Of a DNA stretch of 64,000 nucleotides, positions 24,072 through 35,358 are shown in pieces (the stretch's first letter is position 1; every line of letters begins with the position of its first letter). The stretch spans positions 744,001 through 808,000 of the forward strand of contig NW_026250405.1 of the NCBI RefSeq assembly GCF_024521635.1, given 5' to 3'. The stretch is from Tricharina praecox. Lineage: Eukaryota. The notes below the pieces were generated by a model that worked only from the letters and a program-made list of their open reading frames with translations, was not told where the DNA came from and made no database searches. The position numbers and the translations under genes are program-made.

Positions 24072-24938
24072 CTACCACCACTTCTCGCAAAACACCCTCT
24101 CCTTCTGAACAGCTACGTCTCGCACCAGAGCGTCAACACAGAAGTCGGTGAACCCCTTCGGCCCACAGACAAACGCCAGGACCTTCTTGCCGTCCACTGC
24201 CCTCTCTAGATCTTTCACATTCAGTCTCCTCGTATTCACCTCCCATCCCTTCAAATCCGTCGTTTCTCCCACAACTTCACCGGTCTCGAACAGTTCCACA
24301 CTCTCCCTCCCACACGCCCGTTCAATCCTGTCCAGATACGCCCACTGTCCCTTTCTCCCACTCCATAGAAACTTCATCTCAACGTTTTCCCACTCCTTCG
24401 GCGCCTCCTTGCCCCTAACCCACGCTATCATCGACAGGAATGGATTGACGCCTACTCCGCCAGCCACAAAGACCACCCGTTCGACATCCTCCCGCCGTAC
24501 TCCAGCCGGCGGGAACACGAACTCGCCGCCGACCCGCACTTCAACCTCTTGTCTCAGTGTCTCCGCGGGCTCGCGCCATAGCCACGCCGCAGCGGTATTT
24601 TGCGGCGCGTGGCCGATTGACAGCTCAAACGAGGTGGATTCGCGTGAAGGAGGAGTGATGATCGTGAAGCCGCCTGGTTGTCGGATAGACGGCAGGTGCA
24701 GATCGATCCACTGGCCGGGCTTGAAAACGAGTGGAGACGCGAGTGCGAGGGTTATCTGACGCAGATGTGGAGTTGGCGTGTGGATGGCTGTTATCGTTGC
24801 CGGGAGGAGCGCTGGCGAACGTGCGTGTGTGGCCGTACGGACGGAATGGGGCCGATACGGTTCAAACGACGACGTGGACATTCTCAAGACCGACCGCAGG
24901 ATCGTTGGACTAAGGCGCTGGACTCGGCGTGGGTTCAT
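24072..24938 (-). CDS. FAD/NAD-binding oxidoreductase (ferredoxin-reductase-like, OXNAD1-like)
   Basis: FKPGQWIDL, PGGFTI, VRVGGEF, FVAGGVGVNPFLSM, FVCGP and C-terminal CEKWW. Confidence 0.85.
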   Translation of the reverse strand: MNPRRVQRLSPTILRSVLRMSTSSFEPYRPHSVRTATHARSPALLPATITAIHTPTPHLRQITLALASPLVFKPGQWIDLHLPSIRQPGGFTIITPPSRESTSFELSIGHAPQNTAAAWLWREPAETLRQEVEVRVGGEFVFPPAGVRREDVERVVFVAGGVGVNPFLSMIAWVRGKEAPKEWENVEMKFLWSGRKGQWAYLDRIERACGRESVELFETGEVVGETTDLKGWEVNTRRLNVKDLERAVDGKKVLAFVCGPKGFTDFCVDALVRDVAVQKERVFCEKWW

Positions 24939-27222
24939 GATAAGGTACCTCGCGTTTCGCTTGCATCCTTTGACACGGTCGCTGTGCAGTGTGCATCCAC
25001 AAACTACATAGGCGAGGTTATTCTATGTCCGATGACGATCATCCTGGCTGCATGGATTGCATCACAGTAACCTACATGCCTGGGTAGATACTACTCGTGC
25101 ATTCAAGCAGGAACCACAAATGTTGATCGGGATAAATCGGATATGGACTCTCAGCGCCAATTGACAGATGACTCGGATGACTGACGGCGGGGAAGATCAC
25201 CATCAGCGAAACAACCCAGAGTACTCACACGAGACATCTACATACATTCCCCACAGCTCTCAAGATAGGGCGCACTTGGGGATACGCCACCTTATCACCC
25301 TCCCCCCACTTAGTCGCCAGCTTTGGGGGCCGAATCGCCGGATCTCAAGGAACTTAACTTCGCTACAACAGAACATTCAAACTGGCGCGTATCCGTGTTT
25401 TATGTATCCCCATCCGCGGTCCAGCTCCTTGGAAATCCCACACCTTGGCGCCGTTTCGAATAGAAGCTTCTGACCGTTCCGTGCCACAAACGAAGGTGGG
25501 AATTTATTAGCGATCGCCCGGTTGTCGGAAAGCGACGTTAGTTACTTCTAGTCATGGGCCGGAGGTGACAGATTGAGTGCCCGAGTGCGCGCTTGTGAGG
25601 AATGCCATTCGGATTGTGTGCCGATAGGTTCGCAGCACTCGGGATATATCAATCGGCGACAGCTCCAGGGAAAAGCTGGGAAATGATACTCAACTTGCGA
25701 GAGGACGAAGAACCATCCATCGCACCTAGCTCTCGTGACGCGTCCCGTCGTCGGCGCCCCGCTTTTTGGATATCCAGCGTATATTTTGATAATGTGTCGT
25801 TGCTGATATCAGGTTTAATGCCAGCAGGCCAACAACCAACGAGCAGAGAGATAGGGTGCGATGGGGATCAAAGCTCGTACACGGAGATGTTTAGGCACAT
25901 ACTGTGAAGACAAAGAGCTATGTATATACGAGGCAGCAACATTCCGCACAATCAGCATACCTGCCGTCGTCGGTCCACGAGCTTACTGCACTGGTTTCAA
26001 TTAGCCTAGGTGTTGCAGGCCGCGTCAATAGTCATGTGAGAAGATCACGTTGAGCAGGTCCCTATTTTTGCCCTGTGCTGACAACGACAAGATCCATACG
26101 CTTGAAGCGGGGAAACACTTTCTTCAGAAGGGACTTCTTCCGAGGCTCCTTGACCTTCACTGTTCAGCCGTGGGACTTCGGTTCTAATTTTGGAGTAACA
26201 CAATATTCAGGTTTAACTATTCCGCATACCGAATGTCGAAAGCCGCGTGGCTCCATCGGGATGTGCTGCAGCTTCCTTCTCTGTCTACGGCCATCGGAAT
26301 TTCCTGGAAATCGCTTCCCATGTGTCCTGGTGCAGCTCTCGCTTCAGATCCGCCCCCTACCACCGCCGTATGTAGTTATCCCGATCACAGGTATTCGTGC
26401 CTGAGTGGGTAAACGGAGGTCCAGACGAAAAGGCCGCGGCGACGCAAACCGAGTACGGTAACAAGTGAACTCTCTGATAGGTCGAGTGACAAGCTGCTCC
26501 GGCGCACGGACTTGGCGGCTGTGGCTTTCGATCTCTTCTGTCGCTGGCGGTTTCAGTCCTCCTTTCGGGGATAGTTACGGCTCAGGAGGCGTAGCAAACA
26601 TGGCGCACGCGCCTAAGGGATGGATGGAGTCGTACCTGGCATAGAGTCGCACGATGAGGCGAGAACAGCACTTCTCTTCCCCTCAGGCTTCAGCGCGAGG
26701 ATAATTACCTGCGCAGTTGGAACTGTGGCGCTGGTCCACTGAGCAAAAAGCCGTTTGAAAACGGTCCAATTCGGATTTGTAACGGCGATCGGTATCCATC
26801 ATCCATCTCTGTCAACTTTATTATTTTCGGGCTGCGCAGTGCGGACACCATAACCCCTGTTGGTGGTCTCTCAGGCTCCTGAATCTGGGCACCTTCCTGG
26901 TCGGTAATACCCGTATACAACATGTGCAAGAACCGAACCGCTGTGGGGGGTGCGCCGCGCTGTAGGAGTCTGATGTCTATAGGGGGTCTTAATTAACTGC
27001 GTACATTGTTGGGTGTCAGTCTTTATTATCCCAGTGTTCCCACGCCCTTTTCCTTGTGTTTCCGTCAACCTGCCCTCGCCGCCTTACTCTACGATATCGC
27101 TGTTGCTGCCCCACTGCGTGTGCTGTTAACTATTCTGTGGCATCACTTCGACGGCCTTCGCTTGGATCATGCAGTGGACGTCGACTCGGCGACCATAACA
27201 CTGCCCCCCCCCCTCGTGGACG

Positions 27223-28646
27223 ATGATAGCCCGGAACTGTGGGAACCGTGGAGGATGTCGCGATATTGAGGAGCATGCGCATCGACGACGGCGACGGGAA
27301 GCAACAGCAAAACATTCATTTCGACCTATACGACACTCTTTAACGTCCACTCTTCGCCTTTATCTGGTGCTGGTGGTTTTGGCGACCTTTGTTCTGGGCG
27401 TCGTGGCAGGGGATGGGACGGGCGAGGCGGAAATTGGTCTCGGGCGGTGGAGAGATGCGGACACCCGGGCACATCTCAAAGTCGAACGGTTGGTTCGACG
27501 AGCAGATACCCTGCACCACACATCCGTCGATCTCCCGTTCTCGACGACGACCACCGTCACTACGACAACTACAACGACACCGACGAAGACGAGTACAGAC
27601 ATGAGTCTGAGTGGACGCACCAGCATCATCTCGACCACGACTACGGCTATCCCCACGACTACGGCTGGCTCCACAACCAAGGCTGACACCACGACCACTG
27701 AAATTTCCACTGCAGTTGTAACCGATGCCGCCGGTCCAACTGAGATTCCGGTACCTTTCGACAGTATCTCACTCACTCCACTCAATATGACGGCCGATTG
27801 CGCGGAATTCCTCACATATGTCCTTTCGGATCCCAATTTCCAGGGCTGCATACCGCTCTCCGGTCTCCTACGGGTATGTCCTCCCACCTCACGGCTTTTC
27901 GTGTCTTTCCCATAACTAAATCCTATAGGATTCTCTCGGTTTCTTCGACATCATGTCAAAGGGCGCTTTCGCCACAACCGCACTCATGGACCGAGTCTGC
28001 AACGTGGATCTCAATGCATGTACCGCGGTGATGGAAACCTATGGTGGCCAACTGCGCAAAGAGAGCTTTTGCAAAGACGATTTCAACAAGGGAAACCCGG
28101 TGGTTGTGAACGTCTTCACCGCACTGGTAGCGTACAGACCACTGTATTCAGCGGGCTGCCTGAAGGCTAAGGATGGGGACTACTGTTTTGTGGATGCTGT
28201 CACGAACACGTCGAGTCCCGAGGATCTGTTTATCTACTCGCTGCCGCTTGGGACCAGATTACCCGGTGGTGCCCGGCCAACGTGAGTTATCTCCGGATGA
28301 GGGAGTGAGGTGTAAACGGAGTCGTCAGTCACTGACGAAATGCAGATGCTCCGAGTGTCTAGCCGAAACGATGAAGATCTTTGGTGCATCGGCGGGAAAC
28401 ACAACCCAGCCGGTCAGCCAGACGTATATTCCGGCATCGGAACAGTTGAATATGGGTTCGTTGCCTCCATCTTACGCTCTAACTATCGATGCACCCAGCT
28501 GACAATGTGTAGCTTGCGGTCCGGGCTTCGCGAACACCTCGGTGATCACGGTGGACTCTGCGGCATCATCACGTTCTCCCCGAGACCATGTCGCCGGAGT
28601 CGCTGTGGCAGCAACAGCAGCGGCGGCGGCTTTGCTCTTTCTGTGA
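27223..28646 (+). CDS. Putative GPI-anchored/cell-surface protein with Thr-rich stalk and Cys-rich domain; exons 27223-27873, 27929-28281, 28346-28455, 28513-28646
   Basis: Hydrophobic signal segment, Thr-rich run, PVPFDS..CAEFL..FQGCIPLSGLL..C..AYRPLYSAGCLK..YCFVDA..PTCSECL..CGPGF and a hydrophobic C-terminal tail. Three GT-AG introns keep the frame. Start codon uncertain. Confidence 0.78.
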
Positions 28647-28829
28647 ACAGTGCTACGATGGGATACGATACTTACGCAGCGGGATTCTGGGGGACATTTG
28701 CTTCGACACACTCATTTTTTATGGACGGTTTGGAAGGCGTACTTGTTTTGGTGTATGGGTTTCTTTTTCTTCGTCCAAACCAGGTGGGCTTATAAAGAGC
28801 GGTAGTTGTAATCCTGCGAGATGGTAGAG

Positions 28830-28863
<34 letters not shown>

Positions 28864-28900
28864 GGGGAGATAGAGAAGAGTGCTGTAAATAAGAGACATG

Positions 28901-29031
28901 GAAGGGTTACATTCAGTGCCTAGGAAGCTTTACATACTTTCTACCGATTGAGTGGATCGAGTCATCTGGATCTCGGCCGGTATGTAGTACGTACCAGTGC
29001 ATAGGGCCCTCGTTGTGAACTTACATACAGG
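28901..29031 (+). repeat. Diverged direct repeat, left copy (pairs with 30115-30251)
   Basis: GAAGGG.TACATTCAGTGC..GAAGCTTTACA..GAGT.ATCTGGATCTCGGCCGGTA..CTCGT.GTG.ACT..TACATACAGG is shared by both copies. Confidence 0.85.
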
Positions 29032-29158
29032 ATAGATCTATATGGTGATCAGATAACATAGGAGGAGTGGCTAGTCGGATCATGGCCACACTAGCTGGAT
29101 TGGGTTGCATAGAACGTTGGATGTATCATGCAGAGAGCTCATTGAAGTTGAATAGAAC

Positions 29159-29252
29159 CTCAACTTCTCAATGTCTCAACTTCTCAATGTCTCAACTTCT
29201 CAATGTCTCAACTTCTCAATGTCTCAACTTCTCAACGTCTCAAATTCTCATC
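29159..29252. repeat. 16-bp tandem repeat (CTCAACTTCTCAATGT)x5 plus a partial copy
   Basis: Directly visible. It expands a motif seen only once in copies A and B. Confidence 0.93.
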
Positions 29253-29431
29253 CAATCTTCATTTTCGCCGATCCTTTGCCGCGATACATTTATCTTCTCT
29301 CTCTCTCTTCCTCCCTCCCTCTCTCTCTCCACCAACCGACACACAGACAATCTCTCTCTGGTCCTCCGCAAGCCTACGCACACACTCTACCTCTCTCTCC
29401 ACCAACCATACACTTCCAACACACCTTCAAG

Positions 29432-29760
29432 ATGTCTCGAGCAGAGAAAGCTCCCAAGATTCCCAAGCAGCCGTCCAATGCCTCAAAGAAGCGGTAGCCA
29501 CGGCAGCCACGGGCAACCATGAAAGGCCCAGAGTTCAAGGCCGAGTAAGAATCACACCCCGCCCTCATGCTCAGACTCGGCTAACCGGAATTCCCTTACC
29601 AGCGTCTTCAAGAACCCCGTGCTGTTTGCCATCAGTAATGGTCAGGGGTGTTATGAAGAAATCTACCATCTCCGTAGGGAGCTTCTCGTAGAGCGTTGCC
29701 CATACGTCGTCGACCTGCTGTCTCCCGGTGGTGAGGGCGCCTGCGCGACTTCGACGAGAC
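29432..29760 (+). pseudogene. BTB/POZ-domain pseudogene fragment (N-terminal part) in repeat copy C
   Basis: MSRAEKAPKIPKQPSNASKKR*(TAG 29495-29497)PRQPRATMKGPEFKA, intron 29545-29602, then DVFKNPVLFAISNGQGCYEEIYHLRRELLVERCPYVVDLL, followed by a jump to the shared 3' tail. Confidence 0.7.
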
Positions 29761-30114
29761 TTGGTCTACTGTTTTCATTGATATCTTACCATGTAGACTT
29801 CCATTGCTGGCGTTTTTTCCTCGATATCTGTTTGTTATTTTGTTGCGACCCATAAGAATGATTAGATAGAAAAAAATATGTAACTTTCATTAGCACAAGC
29901 ACGTTTTCCCCATCGGACACGATTCAATTCGAGGTTACCAACCTCATGCCTAATGAGAGTCTAGGTACTTCACCCGCTCCCTCCTCAAGCACAGGTATAG
30001 AGTACACGAGTATTCATTGTATCGGCCGCCATGTGTCATTCTCCCTCGTGCACCCACAGATTTTACCGTGAGTGTCGGATCGGTGTTTCCACCGCCGCCG
30101 CCAACTAGGTGTTA

Positions 30115-30251
30115 GAAGGGGTACATTCAGTGCATACTTACGAAGCTTTACAGACCGTTTGAGGGGACCGAGTGATCTGGATCTCGGCCGGTAGTACCAG
30201 TAGGTACCTACGTACATAGCGCACTCGTCGTGGACTCACTCTACATACAGG
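30115..30251 (+). repeat. Diverged direct repeat, right copy (pairs with 28901-29031)
   Basis: See left copy. Confidence 0.85.
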
Positions 30252-30861
30252 CAGTCCGGACTCCGAAAAAGCAGGGTCCAGAATCCAAGGCCCATTGAAT
30301 TTCGTCTTAGTAGGTATGCATTTTCCACGCATGTCGCGTCTCCACCTGGGAGGGAGAGGGGAGGGAGAGGGGAGTGGGGCGGAGGTGGGGTGATGAGGAG
30401 ATGGGATTCTGCGCCATGACATCGCAGAATTCCATCTCGGCGTTCGAGCTTCGAAAGGGTTCTCTGATGAGCTTTCGCGGATCATCATAATGCAGGTTCC
30501 GGTTTTTTTTTTGTGTGTGGGAAGTACCTGCCGTACCGAGTGTTCGTATGTGGAGTACCAGTAGTACCGGATGATCACGATTCACGAATCACGATCGACG
30601 GCGCTATGATGGTCACGCTTGGCAGGGCCCACCCTGTTCAGGTTTTTATGACATCATCGTCTGGCGAAGCCCACGAACGAACGAACGGCCTGACGAGATC
30701 CATGGAGTGGACACTGGACACGGGACGACGGCGTACCTACGTACTCCACTCTACACTACAAGAGCAGGATGATCTCCCACTTTTAATGAAGGATAACCAC
30801 ATAAACTATATTCCGAAGATCCATCACATCCCCCAGATTCCATTCCCACCTACAGCCCACC

Positions 30862-31858
30862 ATGACGACTCCCACACCACTACTCCAGATCGACTCCGTC
30901 AAAGCCACGCAGCTGATCGGCACCTCACGTCTGCCACTCTGCACGGGGATGCTCACGCTGCTGCCGCCGCCGACGTCCAACTGCCGGCTGTTGCTAACCG
31001 TCGGGGCGACGCTCGCGCTGCCTCTCGACCACGCCTCAACGGTGGGCACCTCCGTGGCCAACCCGCAGACCTACCTGTTCACATGCATCTTGCCGGCTCC
31101 GTCCGCGCTGGAGCCATCCAACTCCGTCGCGGCAATCGAGATCGCGATTCCGCCGGGCGCGGAGAACGATGCGCTCGCTCTGCGGCTCGAGGAGCTGCTG
31201 GTCCAGTACGGATACCTCACTACGGGGCTCGAGGCGGATGCGGACGATGTGGCGGGCGCGCTGAGGGATTCCGCCACGGGGGTGGCGGAAAGGGTTAAGG
31301 GATATGCGCAGGAACGGGTTGAACAGCGTGAGCAGGTAGAGCCTGGAGAGGAGACAAAGGTCTCCGAGACGACGGGGAAGGTCGCCAAGGGCATGGTGGC
31401 GGGGACCGCGAAGGCTGCGGAGGTCACGGGGATGGTCGGGAGGGCTATCAGTGGTGCCGCCGAGAGCGTTGGTGAGTGGGTCGGCGGCATGATGCCGGAG
31501 AAGAAGAAGGGGGAGGAAAACGGGATTGTCGCAGAGAGTGCTAAGGGTGCTGCTGAGGGCGTGGTTGTTGTCGCCGAGAGCGTTACGGATAGGTTGGCTC
31601 CCTCCTGGTTGTAGAACAGGTCGAAGCATAGTACTGACGGTGAATAGTGTGGCCCGCGTCTCTTCGGCGGTGGGGAAGGGCACGAGCACGGTCGTCGAGC
31701 ACGAACACGGACAGGAAGCGAAGAAGCTGGTGGATCAGGGGAGGGAGGCTACGGGGAATGTCGGTGCGGTAGCAGCCGATGTGGTTTTGGGAACAAGCGT
31801 TGTGTGGAATGCTGGGGAAGCGGGGGTAGCAGCTGTGAGGGGGAAGGACTCAGAGTAA
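30862..31858 (+). CDS. Senescence/spartin-associated-domain-like protein; exons 30862-31592, 31648-31858
   Basis: Intron GTTGGC..ACTGAC..TAG joins two ORFs. The Ala/Gly/Thr-rich amphipathic C-terminal half (GTAKAAEVTGMVGRAI..TSTVVEHEHGQEA) resembles the senescence domain; the family call is tentative. Confidence 0.65.
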
Positions 31859-34800
31859 ATTGTAATGGGAAGTGAAGGTTTTGGTGTTCGGAGCGAATGT
31901 TGTGAGTTTCTGTATCTAGCTGTAGGTATGATCAATCGAACAAATCAGTGAATCTCAATAACGGTCGAAGAGCAGAAGCACCTATGCCCATAGGGTGCAA
32001 GTAGAAATCTGGCAACGATAACTAACCACTATCACGGCCGCAAACTCGCCACAACCCGTCTCGAATCATCAGCAAAACGTCGAAGTGGCCAGAGGGGGGG
32101 GACTCGGGGAGTGCCGAAGGGAAGAGTAGGCAGAGACAAGCGGTGCAGTAGGTATGTAGCAATAAGGAGATGAATGTAGAGGCTTTTTTCTCTTGTTTTT
32201 TTTTTCTCTTCGTGAATCCTATCAGCGTGCTGGGGGCAACTGGCGAGATGGCGATGAAAAGAAGAGAGCGAGAGCGAACTCCTGGAGAGATCCCCGAGAT
32301 CCCCAACACTTCGCCCTCCCCTGAACCCGACGAACCAAGACTTGAGCAATTTGCCACCCCGCCCTTTCGAGCCGAGAATACCCATCCTGGTGCAATTCAT
32401 CAGACGAGGGCATCAACATGACACTGGACAGCTAAGCAAGAGCAACATCCAGCCGTGCGCACTACGCTAGACTAGTAATGTTGAGGGTTACCGAGAGGAT
32501 CATCAGAGTTAGCTACCGAGTGGGAAGAAGGTTAACTAAAGTACGGGGTGGCGGTAACTAGAGTAGGTACTCGACAGGGCTACATAACTACGGAGACCAT
32601 CACTAGTAAAACGCCTCAACAACAAACCCAACCTCCTTTTCAAAATACCAAGTATTTATTGCGAGGTTGAAGGATTTCAGAGTCATTTGTGTTTCTCTGT
32701 TTAGATGTGGGGTATTGTGGAGCTTCACCAAAGCTTTATTGTGCCATGGATACCTCTGGATACCTCCAGAGACCGGCTGTAAGTTGCGGGCTCCATAGCG
32801 AACGAATTGGCCATCGGCCAACCTGCAACTACCGTCATAGGTCACATGTAGAGTATCTATCACACCGCACTGTTCAACACTCACCAACATCCCCACCGTT
32901 AAAGCGGCACTGATCTACCCAACAAGGCCGCATGCGACAATACACTAATTGCAAAGACACTTTACGGATCTCCATTCTCTTGGGAGGTGCGCCCGGACCG
33001 CCGCCGCCCAAACATCACACCCCCGCCGCCGCATCCCTCCAATGGTCACGTGGCGGCGCCGGCGGCGGACCCCAACACTCGTGCGCTGTCACTCGGAAAG
33101 ATCCCCCACTGGCTTGAAGCGGCAACCGACCTCAGCTGGCGATACGATATCGGTACAGGTCCTCGGCGCTAGCAAATGGACTCATGTCCGGCTGACGGGC
33201 TGAAAAGGCGCCCGGCATCATAAAAGGGGGAGGGATATCGTTCAGGCGGCCGTTGCTGCTTTGTATGCAGGTAAACCGCGCAGGCCGACTGTATGCCGCT
33301 CAATGGAAGCCACGAACCCACGTCCATGTGCAGTGGCCAACGCTTCAGGGCTGAATGGGGCTGAAGTGGAGGTGGAGAGAGGCGGAACCTATGAGGCTCC
33401 TTAGTAACTGTCCTCCGGTACCAACACGTCTTTGCCCTTTCGGACCGGTGGTCTCGTGGCTACTCGCACTTCTCCACTTCTTCGTCAATCAGTCACTGTC
33501 CCGCTATAGTACCAGCACTTTCTTCCAACTCCCGAGTCCCGAGCAGCATCTAGAGTACTTGGCTAAAAATACTTGGAGATATTGATAGCCAAACCAGCAG
33601 TTGAGTACCTACCTACTCTAGGTAGAGTACTCGGCATCGTGGAGCCAAGAGGGAGCTGAAACGCCGGAGAACGGAATCCAAGGAGTACCGAAATCAAAGG
33701 AATTGCCGCTGCCCTCGGCACGGAGAGCACTGCGGAGTTATATGCAGATACACCTCGCGAAAGACCTTCGGTTCGACATGAATCAGTACACACGAGCAGT
33801 TAACCAACTAGTTTTCCTCAAAAGAGTTGCAGTTATGTATGACTCGAGTGTGTTGGTCCTTCGAATCCCTAGAGGACTCACTATGCGCTACTTACGGCAC
33901 GAGGACGCTACGGGAATGCTATGCTTAGCGGGAGTGGTGATGATCTGATCGCGAGTGACTCTTCGCGCCTTCGCCATCGCCCCGTGGAAATGCCTTTGCA
34001 TGAACTGCCCGGCACCCGTTTTCAGCTCAACATATCCGACCGGGTTCCGAGGGCTTGTCCGCCAATGTACTGGCACTGTACTCTATGTAGCCAAACATAG
34101 GTGCGGTCTTCCTGCGTGGCGTTTCAAGAGGATCTATTCGTCGAATGCTCTGGGAAGAGGCATATCTACCGTATTCCTTGAACGACAACATTCAAGTGAA
34201 AAAAACATCACTGCTTCTCAACCAGTTCGTATCCGATTGACGTGAACAAGGACTTGTATCGATACTCGGTCGTACGGAGCCCATCTATCTCCCTCAACCC
34301 GAAGCTCTCCCAGCCTCCCGCGATCTCACAAAAGGAAAAGAAAAAAGAAAAAATCCTCAAAAGAAGGAAGTGCAATGGCCCCCAAAATGAACCCCTGAAG
34401 CATTGGCCAGGACGTCGGCATTCATACGATTTGCGCATTATTCTCGAGTGACACCGTACGGCGTCCGCCCTCTCTACTCTATTCTGGGAGCGCGCGCACA
34501 GAGCATGATCCTACCAGCACACACGGTGGTGATTTTTACGGCATTCCATTCGCACCGTATGGCCATTGCTTCTCCGCAAATAGGCGAGCACGAAGAGTCG
34601 CGCTCGTTCTCCCCCCATAAGCATACCCGAGTCTGAAGAAGTCTAACAACACTGGCATTGGTACTGGCACCGAGTCTAATTGCAGATTGCTGGGTCATGA
34701 TTGGCTCGCTCGCTTCTCCGCGAATCAAGCGTCGCTGTGGGGGAAATTGGTCCAACAGACAAGCTCTTCCTGCATGGAGCGGCCCGATCACCCCCACCCT

Positions 34801-35195
34801 TGCCCATGCGGGAAAAAGGTACCAGAGCCACTCGTAGCGGTTATTAATGGCACAGGGCTGAAATCCGCACCTATGAACGTTCACGATCGTCAGCTAGGCC
34901 GAGAAACCTTAGAATTGGGATCCTCAAATCCCTTGATCCTGCATGCGGCCTCCCCCTTTTCTTTTCGGCCATGGGCTTCACTATGCACGCTGGCGGGAAA
35001 AGAAAAAAAGAAATGCCGATTCGGCCAGCGAGGCGCTCGCCTTCCCAACGAGACCTCAGCCTTCGCTTGAATACTCCACTCTTTGGTCAATCCGCTGTGT
35101 CATGCGATCTCGCATGGCGGCCTGACTACCGACTGCGGGCAACAATCGAGATCCCCTGGGACGGGCTTCATGGAAAGGGCCCGCAGTGGGGTTGG

Positions 35196-35202
35196 TATAT
35201 AA
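35196..35202 (+). promoter_or_regulatory. Probable TATA box of the TYVAPKK-repeat gene
   Basis: TATATAA ~160 nt upstream of the ATG, followed by a CT/CA-rich leader and an ATCAAAATG start context. Confidence 0.55.
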
Positions 35203-35358
35203 GGACTCTGCCAGTCCACCTCAATCAAACCTCATCAACTCAATCGTTCATCATCATCTTCCTACAGCATCTCAGCATCTTTCCTCATCTTCATATCTTA
35301 ATACCTTCATCCTCCAATAATCCCTAATCACCAAACCAGCCACCACACAACCATCAAA

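Larger units (their letters stand above)
29028..30114 (+). mobile_element. Dispersed repeat family copy C (inverted relative to A and B), carrying an N-terminal BTB/POZ fragment
   Basis: Reverse-complement homology to copy A at both ends (CAGGATAGAT..GAGGAGTGGCTAGTCGGATCATGGCCACACTAG; TGTTTCCACCGCCGCCGC). Bounded by the 28901/30115 direct repeats. Confidence 0.72.

Noticed and set aside
25168..26930. Possible decayed gene between the oxidoreductase and the GPI-protein gene
   Set aside because: Only short ORFs, and I could not assign any family or splice model.
28901..30251. LTR retrotransposon interpretation of copy C
   Set aside because: The direct repeats lack TG..CA ends, no PBS/PPT or gag/pol is seen, and the repeats were not found beside copies A and B.
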